64,000 nt of DNA. It comes from an uncultured Candidatus Saccharibacteria bacterium (GTDB lineage: Bacteria; Patescibacteriota; Minisyncoccia; Minisyncoccales; MHMH01). The DNA lies in the NCBI GenBank assembly GCA_964568775.1, contig CAZMQW010000001.1, positions 719 through 64,718 of the forward strand. Reading direction: 5' to 3'. A model generated the notes under the pieces. It was not told the DNA's origin. It saw only the letters and a list, made by a program, of their open reading frames with translations, and did no database searches. This document shows, piece by piece, positions 45,233 through 52,378 of this stretch; position 1 is the first letter of the stretch, and each line of letters begins with the position of its first letter. A program made the position numbers and the translations under genes.

Positions 45233-46426
45233 TCACTCCGAACATAGCTTTGTTCTGGTTATTCGGGCTATCTCTGGATTTAAAGCTCTTAAACGACCTT
45301 TATCCAAATTGTGGATATTATTCTCCCCGCAGGCGCCAGCAATCATTTTTATCTCTTCGGTGCAATTTTTAATGTAATCGGCAATATCCCGGGAAGCCTC
45401 TTCAACATTTAGATTTTTCCTTAGTTCTGGGTCTTGGGTAGCAATGCCTTTCGGACATTTTCCTAAATAACATTGCTGGCAATAAGTGCAGCCCATGGCA
45501 ATTAATAATGGGAAAGCAACAAATACTGCATCAGCTCCCAAAGCCAAGGCTTTAGCGAAATCTGCTCCCTGATTGAGGCCTCCACCAATCCATAATTCCT
45601 GTTTAGCTTTAATTTTATCCAAAACCTCTCTGGCTTTTACCAAGACCGCCAAAGTAGGGATGCCGACCTCATTCAGCATTACCTCCGGCGCAGCTCCGGT
45701 TCCCCCTTCCAAACCATCAATGGCAATAATATCGGGATTCGCTTTTACCGCGAATTTTACATCGCTCTCAATATCTCCGGGTCCTAACTTTAAAATAATC
45801 GGCACTCCTCCGGTCAGATTTCTCAACCAATAGATTCTCTTTTTCAGATCGTCAACATTCTTAATGTCTGAATGATAGGCTGGAGAATGAACGTCTTTGC
45901 CTTTTTCAATTTTTCTCACTTCGGCAATTTCATCAGTTATTTTTTCCTTAGGGAGAAGACCTCCCTGGCCAGGCTTTGCTCCTTGGCCAATTTTTATTTC
46001 AATGGCATCTGCCTTTCTCAAAACGTCTTCTGTAATGCCGAACCTGCCGGTGGAATACTGGATAATGAGTTTTTCTGAAAATTCTCTCTCTTCCGGCAGC
46101 AGCCCTCCTTCACCGGTATTACCCATGGTCCCAGCCATAGCCGAAGCTTTAGCCAGGGCGATTTTAGCTTCTTTGCTTAACGCTCCGAAGCTCATTGCTC
46201 CAATTACTATTGGAGTTTTTAATTCAATCGGCCTTTTACTGTTTTTGCCAATCACGGTTCTGGAGCTTATTTCCTCTTTAAAATAATCCACCGGCCTCTT
46301 GGTTAATTGGGCAGGCACAAAAACCAAATCATTAAAGCTAATTTTATCGGCTTTATCGGACCGGCCGCCGCTTACTGGAACACCTTTAACTCTCTTTTGA
46401 ATTTCTTTAATCCAATTTCTGTCCAT
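45233..46426 (-). CDS. glutamate-synthase-related FMN-binding (GltB domain-2-like) protein
   Basis: 397 aa with ..IKIGQGAKPGQGGLLP.., DGLEGGTGAAP and CTYCQQCYLGKCPKGIATQDPELR. Confidence 0.75.
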   Translation of the reverse strand: MDRNWIKEIQKRVKGVPVSGGRSDKADKISFNDLVFVPAQLTKRPVDYFKEEISSRTVIGKNSKRPIELKTPIVIGAMSFGALSKEAKIALAKASAMAGTMGNTGEGGLLPEEREFSEKLIIQYSTGRFGITEDVLRKADAIEIKIGQGAKPGQGGLLPKEKITDEIAEVRKIEKGKDVHSPAYHSDIKNVDDLKKRIYWLRNLTGGVPIILKLGPGDIESDVKFAVKANPDIIAIDGLEGGTGAAPEVMLNEVGIPTLAVLVKAREVLDKIKAKQELWIGGGLNQGADFAKALALGADAVFVAFPLLIAMGCTYCQQCYLGKCPKGIATQDPELRKNLNVEEASRDIADYIKNCTEEIKMIAGACGENNIHNLDKGRLRALNPEIARITRTKLCSE

Positions 46427-46431
46427 AATTC

Positions 46432-47253
46432 CTAAAAATTAAAATTTATTAATTGACCCTTTGAGTAGGCTTCGACTAATTCCCGGGAATAAGGAATTTC
46501 CTGCTCTATTTTTGTTTTGAATTTTTTAATGACGGGGTAAATCTTTCTTTTGTCGCCTAAATCGGCTTGGTTCAAAATTACTTTAGTTGGTACATTTAAT
46601 TTCCGGCATAAATCTAAAATTAAATTTAAATCGTAGGCGCCCATCGGCGTAGGTTCGGTAACCGCGTAAGCCGAGTCGCAATTGATCAAGGCGGAGACAA
46701 CCGGGCAATGAATACCGGCTGCTGTATCGAATAAAACAAAATCTGCTTTAATCTTCCTAGCCAAATCCAAGGCGAATTTTTTAGTTTGAGCCACCACCGG
46801 GCCGGTCTCTTCAAGCCCGGCCTTGGCCATTCCCGTTATCAGCCAATAGTTCTTATTTATTTTATTAACGAAGACCTGGCCCGTTTCTTCTTTTTTGGGC
46901 TTAATTGCCTTATGCGGACAAATAATCCAACAAGCCCCGCAACCAGAACATAAATCCTTAAGAAAGACGGGGTATTGTCCCGGTGTCTGAAAAATGGCAT
47001 TGCTCCGGCAAGTTTTGGCGCATAAACCACATTTTTTGCATTTTTCTTCAATCAACTCTGGAAATTCGGCATAAATTTTCTCCATCGGTTTTTTTAATTT
47101 TTCTCCCAGGAGCAGATAATCATTAGGGCATTCTACGTCGCAATCACAAAGAATAACCTTCTTGTCTTTTTTAACAAACTGATTAGCAAACAAGATAGCA
47201 ATAGTGCTTTTGCCGGTGCCGCCTTTTCCCCCGCTAATGGCGATTTTTTCCAT
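46432..47253 (-). CDS. MinD/ParA-type P-loop ATPase with inserted 2x[4Fe-4S] ferredoxin domain, copy 1
   Basis: SGGKGGTGKS, CKKCGLCAKTC, CSGCGACWIICP and DTAAGIHCPV. Confidence 0.8.
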   Translation of the reverse strand: MEKIAISGGKGGTGKSTIAILFANQFVKKDKKVILCDCDVECPNDYLLLGEKLKKPMEKIYAEFPELIEEKCKKCGLCAKTCRSNAIFQTPGQYPVFLKDLCSGCGACWIICPHKAIKPKKEETGQVFVNKINKNYWLITGMAKAGLEETGPVVAQTKKFALDLARKIKADFVLFDTAAGIHCPVVSALINCDSAYAVTEPTPMGAYDLNLILDLCRKLNVPTKVILNQADLGDKRKIYPVIKKFKTKIEQEIPYSRELVEAYSKGQLINFNF

Positions 47254-47277
47254 ATTTTTTCAAAAAATATTCTTTTT

Positions 47278-47598
47278 TTACAATTTTTTTAGTTTTTCCT
47301 CTTGGAAACTTTTGACATTCTCAGCAATATTTTTTTCAAGAGCCTCATAAATTTTAATTCCGAAATCTTTGAATTTTTCAAATGCTCTCTGCCCCAAATC
47401 AAAACAAATTACCGCACTTACGTCCAGTTTATTTAAAAATTCCGGCGGCAGTTCTTTCCGGCCGGCAATTTCAGGATTCGGGAAAACATTAAAATCTTTG
47501 GTATCAGTATTATAAATCAGATAATTTTTAGCTTGGCCGAAATGAAATGTCACCAAATCATCTAAATTTTCTCCGTCGGTCGGCAGAGCAATTTTCAT
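47278..47598 (-). CDS. NifX/NifB-C-terminal-like (dinitrogenase FeMo-cofactor-binding family) protein
   Basis: 106 aa: MKIALPTDGENLDDLVTFHFGQAKNYLIY.. ..VSAVICFDLGQRAFEKFKDFGIKIY. Confidence 0.65.
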   Translation of the reverse strand: MKIALPTDGENLDDLVTFHFGQAKNYLIYNTDTKDFNVFPNPEIAGRKELPPEFLNKLDVSAVICFDLGQRAFEKFKDFGIKIYEALEKNIAENVKSFQEEKLKKL

Positions 47599-48824
47599 GC
47601 TGAGATTTCTTTAATTAGGTCCCCGAGTTTTTTATTGGTCAACTCTATTCCGATATTGAAACTCTCCAAATTGGCCCTGGCGTTAGAACCAATCTCTCTG
47701 GTAATAATCTTATCGGCTGAAACTGCTTTGGCAAACCTTGCCCCGTGAGCATTTTCCGCTTCAAAGAAAGAATTTTCAATTATTTCTTTTTGTAAAATTT
47801 TTCCATTTTTTATGTCTATCACTAAATATTGAGCGACGCCGAAAATATCGGCAATTTCGTTTTTCTTCCCGTCGAAAGGAACTATGATTCTTTCGCCTAA
47901 TTTTTTGGGTCCGATCTGCTCGAAGCCCTTCAAGGCATAAATCATCTTGCCGAAACCTGAAACAATAGTGCTGCTTTTCATTTCGTGAGATTCTATAGAA
48001 ATGACAATATATTTTAATCCAGGGATATTCCGAAGAAGTCTCTCTTCTAAAGTTTTGGTTATCTTACTGACTTCATCAACCCTTAATTCCGGGTCTAATT
48101 GAATTTTAAGTTCGGCGAAGTTGGCAGCGCCAATCTTTCTAGTTTTTAATCCTGAGATGTTGATTTTGTGGGCGGAGCAAATTTTTCTGATTCTCTCTTC
48201 TATGTTTTTGTTAGAAACATCTAAAAGAGAATCGGTGATCTCTTTGCCGATGCTGAACGACTGCCAAATCACATAAAAGCCAATTAAAATCGCAATAACG
48301 GCATCGGCATAAATGAAATATCTTATCAAAACCAACCCGATTAAAACTCCCGCAGAAGAGATAACATCGGCTCGGGAGTGCTCGGCATCAGCCACCAGGG
48401 AAAGGCTTTCATGCTTCCGACCATAATAAAATTTTAATCTGGCCATTACCTCGTTAACCACAGTGGAAACGACCATCAAGCCTATAGCCCAAAGAGTAAA
48501 AGTGACCGGTTCCAGTTTCAGAAAGCGGCCTATTCCTTCGTAAATAATCCAAACTGCCGAAATAGTTAAAAGCAAAGCCACCGTTAAGCCGGCCAGGGTT
48601 TCTGCCCGATAAAAGCCATAAGGATGTTTTTCATCAACTGGTTTTTTAGCTATCTTAATTCCTAAAAAAGTGACGAAAGAAGAAAAAACATCTAAGCCGG
48701 AATGGATGGCATCGGCAACCAAAGCTACGCTGCCAACCGTAAATCCGGCTATCAACTTAAAGACAGCCAAAATAAAATTAACGACAGTACTAATAATAGA
48801 AATTTTCTCTTGGTTCATTTTCAT
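47595..48824 (-). CDS. cation diffusion facilitator transporter fused to a C-terminal NifX-like domain
   Basis: CDF core (..VALVADAIHSGLDVFSS.. HPYGFYRAETL.. ADAEHSRADV..). The last ~110 aa (..IIVPFDG..FGVAQYLVIDIKNGK.. ..ADKIITREIGSNARANLESFNI) are NifX-like. Confidence 0.7.
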   Translation of the reverse strand: MKMNQEKISIISTVVNFILAVFKLIAGFTVGSVALVADAIHSGLDVFSSFVTFLGIKIAKKPVDEKHPYGFYRAETLAGLTVALLLTISAVWIIYEGIGRFLKLEPVTFTLWAIGLMVVSTVVNEVMARLKFYYGRKHESLSLVADAEHSRADVISSAGVLIGLVLIRYFIYADAVIAILIGFYVIWQSFSIGKEITDSLLDVSNKNIEERIRKICSAHKINISGLKTRKIGAANFAELKIQLDPELRVDEVSKITKTLEERLLRNIPGLKYIVISIESHEMKSSTIVSGFGKMIYALKGFEQIGPKKLGERIIVPFDGKKNEIADIFGVAQYLVIDIKNGKILQKEIIENSFFEAENAHGARFAKAVSADKIITREIGSNARANLESFNIGIELTNKKLGDLIKEISA

Positions 48825-49261
48825 CTTCCTCTAAATCTATTCGGGCCCATTCCCCGTCCTCTGCCACCGCCCCTTTCCCTGCCTCTTCCGGAAAAACCAA
48901 GGCCAAAGTGGCCAGGAGTAGTTGGGGTTTCTATTTCTTTTAATTCGCCTTTATTATATTTATCAATAACCTCTCTGACGGTTAAGTCAAAAACCCCGGG
49001 ATATACTTTAACTCCGGACATTCGTAAAACCGAAAAAGCGTTAGGCCCAAAATTCCCGCAAATAACTGCTTCCGCTTTTTCAAAGACAACAATTTGGGCG
49101 GCAGCCACTCCTGCTCCCCTGCCAGTTTGCAAAGCCGTATTAGGCACTGCTTTAAATTCTTCGGTCTTTTTATCGATAATTAAAAAATAAGCGCAGCGGC
49201 CAAAAACTGATGACACTTGAGAGTCTAAATCGGGGGCATTGGCGCAAATACAAATCTTCAT
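48821..49261 (-). CDS. NifX-like protein with C-terminal Arg/Gly-rich tail
   Basis: MKICICANAPDLDSQVSSVFGRCAYFLIID.. GAGVAAAQ.. ICGNFGPNAFSVL.., then the tail GRGRERGGGRGRGMGPNRFRGR. The ATG is at 49261. Confidence 0.7.
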   Translation of the reverse strand: MKICICANAPDLDSQVSSVFGRCAYFLIIDKKTEEFKAVPNTALQTGRGAGVAAAQIVVFEKAEAVICGNFGPNAFSVLRMSGVKVYPGVFDLTVREVIDKYNKGELKEIETPTTPGHFGLGFSGRGRERGGGRGRGMGPNRFRGR

Positions 49262-49269
49262 ATTATAAA

Positions 49270-49482
49270 TTATCGGGCCCGGGTCATTGGTTGACCGCAT
49301 TTGGGGCAACGATGCTCATAGCAGGTAATTCCTCGGCGATGAGGGATCCTAGTGCCACAGCCCAGACAGATACACTCGCCGCCGGGTCCCAAACCAAAAC
49401 CACCTGGCTGACGGCCTTGTCCTCCCCCGCCTAACCTTCGGCCGGTTTTTGATCCTTGATTGAATCTTTTTCCGTTTGGCAT
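49270..49482 (-). CDS. Gly-rich N-terminus plus Cys/His zinc-ribbon mini-protein
   Basis: 70 aa: MPNGKRFNQGSKTGRRLGGGGQGRQPGGFGLGPGG, then CICLGCG..H...CYEHRCPKCG. Confidence 0.6.
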   Translation of the reverse strand: MPNGKRFNQGSKTGRRLGGGGQGRQPGGFGLGPGGECICLGCGTRIPHRRGITCYEHRCPKCGQPMTRAR

Positions 49483-49483
49483 A

Positions 49484-49756
49484 TTATTTTTTTGCTCCCA
49501 GTTCTTTTATCCTATTCTCAATATTTTTCATTTCTTCTCTCAAGGCTTGCAAATCTTCATTCAGTATTGCTTTTTCCTCTTTTGGGGCGGGAGGTTGGAA
49601 TGAATAATCCGGCCCCCAGCCAAACTGCCCCCAGCCCCTGCCAAAGCCTCTCCCCCAGCCGCGACGCCGACCCAAACCGGCTCCGCAGGGACCTCTGCCC
49701 CAACCGGCGCCGGAACCACCGCCCCAAACAGGGCCTCTTCCGTCAAATCCTGGCAT
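49484..49756 (-). CDS. DUF5320-like protein (Gly/Arg/Trp-rich N-terminus plus C-terminal coiled coil)
   Basis: MPGFDGRGPVWGGGSGAGWGRGPCGAGLGRRRGWGRGFGRGWGQFGWGP..., then KEEKAILNEDLQALREEMKNIENRIKELGAKK. Confidence 0.65.
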   Translation of the reverse strand: MPGFDGRGPVWGGGSGAGWGRGPCGAGLGRRRGWGRGFGRGWGQFGWGPDYSFQPPAPKEEKAILNEDLQALREEMKNIENRIKELGAKK

Positions 49757-49806
49757 AGTTTTTTTGCTTTTAAAATTAATTGAAAATTGCGACCTTTCCT
49801 ATTTTG

Positions 49807-49835
49807 AGTATATACCCATAATAACGCCCTGTCAA
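49807..49835 (-). promoter_or_regulatory. promoter of the 12-gene operon
   Basis: Minus strand TTGACA-N17-TATACT, about 50 nt upstream of the ATG at 49756. Confidence 0.55.
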
Positions 49836-49846
49836 GTGGATAAATC

Positions 49847-49875
49847 TTGACGACCTATTAAATAAAATATATAAT
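49847..49875 (+). promoter_or_regulatory. divergent promoter of the CxxC mini-protein gene
   Basis: TTGACG-N17-TATAAT. The ~90-nt leader contains the hairpin AAAGCGGC...GTCGCTTT. Confidence 0.55.
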
Positions 49876-49965
49876 GATTACAGGCCTTGTAAGTCGTATC
49901 TTAAAGTAAATTTTTAAGCAAAGCGGCTTATAAGTTTAAAGGTCGCTTTAATTTGTAAATTCATT

Positions 49966-50154
49966 ATGATGTTCAAAAAATCAGACGATGCTCCCAGGAA
50001 GGATTTTCCTCCTCGGGAGATGGTGAAAGGCAATTGGAAGTGCGCCGAATGCGGCAAAGAAATAACCGAAATGCCGTTTGAGCCTTCACCCGACAGACCA
50101 ATTTATTGCCGAGACTGCTGGTCAAAACGAAGAAGTCAAAGATTCGGACGATAA
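49966..50154 (+). CDS. CxxC-x18-CxxC zinc-ribbon protein
   Basis: 62 aa: ..WKCAECGKEITEMPFEPSPDRPIYCRDCWSKRR.. Confidence 0.65.
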   Translation: MMFKKSDDAPRKDFPPREMVKGNWKCAECGKEITEMPFEPSPDRPIYCRDCWSKRRSQRFGR

Positions 50155-50158
50155 ATGC

Positions 50159-50186
50159 AAAAACCCCGGCCAACGCCGGGGTTTTG
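50159..50186. terminator. bidirectional terminator between convergent genes
   Basis: AAAAA-CCCCGGC-CAAC-GCCGGGG-TTTT. Confidence 0.7.
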
Positions 50187-50192
50187 GTTACA

Positions 50193-50957
50193 TTAATCTT
50201 TGTCTGGCGTTTTCTTGCCGAATCTTTCAAAGGCTCTCAGAATCTCCAGGGGTACGGCAAACACAATGGTGTTAGATTGGTCGGAGCTGATGTCGTTGAT
50301 CGACTGCAGGGTTCTCAAATGCAGAGCGCCTTTGGCTTCCGATAAGGTCTGGGCGGCCTTGGCCATGTTGTCGGCGGCAATCACTTCTCCCTCGGCCTTG
50401 ATGATAATGGCTCTTTTTTCCCTTTCGGCTTCAGCCTGCTTACCAATCACTCTTTTCATTTCTTCAGGTAAAGTAATATCCTTCAGTTCAACATTATCTA
50501 CCTTAATTCCCCACGGATCGGTGGCCTTATCGATAATGGTTCTGATTTGTTCTGAAACCCTATCTCTTTGCGACAATAACTCGTCTAGGGAAACCTGGCC
50601 GACAGCGTTTCTCATGGTGGTTTGGGCCAACTGCGAAATAGCGTAATAAAAGTTTTCCACTTCTATGACAGCTTTATTGGCATCCTGCACCTTGTAGTAA
50701 ATAACCGCATTAACGCTGACTGAAATATTGTCTTTGGTAATAGCTTCCTGGTTGGGTACATCAACCGCTTTCACTCTGAGGTCTATTTTTTTGTAAAAAT
50801 AGAGTATCGGCCAGACCAGTCTCCAGCCCGGCTCCATCAACCCAACATACTTGCCCAGCCTGAATTTGACTCCTTTCTGGTACTGGTTAATCTGCCTGAT
50901 GGAGATTAAAACGATAAAGGCGATAACGCCCAAAACTATATAGATAACTGTTAGCAT
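50193..50957 (-). CDS. SPFH/band-7 (stomatin/slipin-like) protein
   Basis: 254 aa with an N-terminal TM helix and ..AEREKRAIIIKAEGE.. Confidence 0.85.
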   Translation of the reverse strand: MLTVIYIVLGVIAFIVLISIRQINQYQKGVKFRLGKYVGLMEPGWRLVWPILYFYKKIDLRVKAVDVPNQEAITKDNISVSVNAVIYYKVQDANKAVIEVENFYYAISQLAQTTMRNAVGQVSLDELLSQRDRVSEQIRTIIDKATDPWGIKVDNVELKDITLPEEMKRVIGKQAEAEREKRAIIIKAEGEVIAADNMAKAAQTLSEAKGALHLRTLQSINDISSDQSNTIVFAVPLEILRAFERFGKKTPDKD

Positions 50958-50970
50958 ATTTTTTTTATAT

Positions 50971-51402
50971 TTAAGTTTGACGACCTTTTTTAATTAACAA
51001 AACAACACTGCCTGTCATCCCGATTAAAAAGATTATCGGACAAATGGGGATGGCAATAAAGAAGAAAGCAACGTGCAGAGCCTGGGCCAAATATCTTAAA
51101 ACAGCGATCTGGCCGGCTACTTCGTTCAAAGCGTAGAAAATATTGTGCAGGAAAACAGCCAGAAAAAATCCGACCGAGGAAATGCCGGCCAGAAACAAGA
51201 ATTTGCCCAACTTGCCTTCCACCTTCTCTTTCAAGGTTAATACCAATAGAGCTATGCCCAGTAGAGAGAAAATAGCCATCGGCGCCATAAACAATTCCAC
51301 ACCCCTGAGCAAATCCTGAAAAACCGGCAGATAAAATTGGCAGACCAAAATAATGAAAAATGCGACCTGCGTCCAAAATACGATAATGATTGACTTTTTC
51401 AT
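50971..51402 (-). CDS. hypothetical 4-TM membrane protein
   Basis: 143 aa, hydrophobic, upstream of the SPFH gene. Confidence 0.5.
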   Translation of the reverse strand: MKKSIIIVFWTQVAFFIILVCQFYLPVFQDLLRGVELFMAPMAIFSLLGIALLVLTLKEKVEGKLGKFLFLAGISSVGFFLAVFLHNIFYALNEVAGQIAVLRYLAQALHVAFFFIAIPICPIIFLIGMTGSVVLLIKKGRQT

Positions 51403-51464
51403 ATTATAGATTAATTATACCAGAAAACCGTATTTCCAGCTAATTCACATATAGCCGAAAATAA

Positions 51465-51587
51465 TCATTTGGCTATCTTTATTTTTTGTTTCAAAGTCAC
51501 CCTCGGCCTTCTCTTGGTATATTTCTTTGAAACAAATTTACCGCTGATGGCGCTACGGTAGACGGTTTTTATTTTTCTTTTTGCCAT
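51465..51587 (-). CDS. small basic protein (40 aa), hypothetical
   Basis: Hand-translated: MAKRKIKTVYRSAISGKFVSKKYTKRRPRVTLKQKIKIAK*. A TAGAAT -10-like box lies about 32 nt upstream. Confidence 0.35.
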   Translation of the reverse strand: MAKRKIKTVYRSAISGKFVSKKYTKRRPRVTLKQKIKIAK

Positions 51588-51626
51588 ATTCGGGCAATTT
51601 TAAATTTGACCTTTATATTATTCTAC

Positions 51627-51647
51627 CAAAAAACCGCCCAAAAGGCG
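51627..51647 (-). terminator. short GC hairpin plus U-tract
   Basis: Minus strand CGCC-UUUU-GGGCG followed by GUUUUUU. Confidence 0.4.
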
Positions 51648-51828
51648 ATTGTTTGAGCTCTCTAATGTCATTATAGAATGCTCCCCCTATTGGACGCATT
51701 TAGAACCTTGGATTGGAAGGAAATGAGGGAAGGATTAGAGGAATTAAGCTTTATATAAGAGAAAACCGCCTCAACTAATTAAATAGTCTATTGGCGGTTA
51801 CAGTAAACCTCCTTATCTTAGGAAGTCT

Positions 51829-52164
51829 TTAATTTTTAGGGAAGGTGATATGCAATTGTATTATACGAATCACATCCCCTACGGTTTCAATGTTCTCGTA
51901 TCTTTCTCCAGTTTCCTCTATGAAAGTCTTTTTGAATATTGAGTCTCCGGCAGCGAGACCGAATTCTTTTGCTATATCGATTTCCCAAAGAATAAAGTCC
52001 TCAGCGTCAAACCCAAGATTTTCTCCAGGATAATCATGATAGATCCCTGTTCCCGGAGTCATCTCATTTATCGCCTTCGTCTGTTGCGGTGTTAAATAGG
52101 ACACACCGAAATAATAATTTTGCTTCCTTGCGGTCTTTTTCAACCGTTCTATTATGTTTTCCAT
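51829..52164 (-). CDS. hypothetical protein
   Basis: 111-aa ORF with AGGAGAGG 6 nt upstream of the ATG. Confidence 0.55.
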   Translation of the reverse strand: MENIIERLKKTARKQNYYFGVSYLTPQQTKAINEMTPGTGIYHDYPGENLGFDAEDFILWEIDIAKEFGLAAGDSIFKKTFIEETGERYENIETVGDVIRIIQLHITFPKN

Positions 52165-52227
52165 TCCAACCTCTCCTATATTTCAAATTCTATATGAAAC
52201 AGCTTAAAGCTATATTAAGAAGTGCTA

Positions 52228-52255
52228 ACTAAATAATACCACATTTAGTGGTATT
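52228..52255 (-). terminator. hairpin downstream of tRNA-Asn
   Basis: AAUACCAC-(5 nt)-GUGGUAUU followed by AUUUAGUU. Confidence 0.3.
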
Positions 52256-52268
52256 TGTCAAGCATATG

Positions 52269-52340
52269 CTCCGGGGACAGGATTCGAACCTGTAACCATC
52301 TCCTTAACAGGGAGCCGCTCTACCGTTGAGCTACCCCGGA
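52269..52340 (-). tRNA. tRNA-Asn (anticodon GUU)
   Basis: Hand-folded. Acceptor UCCGGGG/CCCCGGA with G73, D arm GCUC-AACGGUA-GAGC, anticodon loop CUGUUAA, T arm ACAGG-UUCGAAU-CCUGU. No encoded CCA. Confidence 0.85.
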
Positions 52341-52349
52341 ATGTGCTTT

Positions 52350-52378
52350 ATTATACAATGTTTTCAATATATTTTCAA
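52350..52378 (-). promoter_or_regulatory. promoter of tRNA-Asn
   Basis: Minus strand TTGAAA-N17-TATAAT, with the -10 ending 9 nt before tRNA position 1. Confidence 0.55.

Noticed and set aside
47595-48824. A magnetosome- or ferrosome-like cluster (a MamB-like CDF plus MreB/MamK-like actins elsewhere).
   Set aside because: No other Mam/Fez-type genes are present (no MamA/E/O/P/I-like proteins, no P1B-ATPase). The actin homologs are 35-45 kb away in a cell-wall operon.
47278-49261. Reading the three NifX-like genes as evidence of nitrogen fixation.
   Set aside because: No nifH, nifD, nifK, nifE, nifN or a radical-SAM NifB core is present in the window. NifX-like domains are common in non-diazotrophs.
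51678-51758. A 26-aa plus-strand ORF, MLPLLDAFRTLDWKEMREGLEELSFI.
   Set aside because: It has no SD or spaced promoter, is too short to evaluate, and overlaps the candidate minus-strand RNA. It may be a gene remnant, but I cannot support that.
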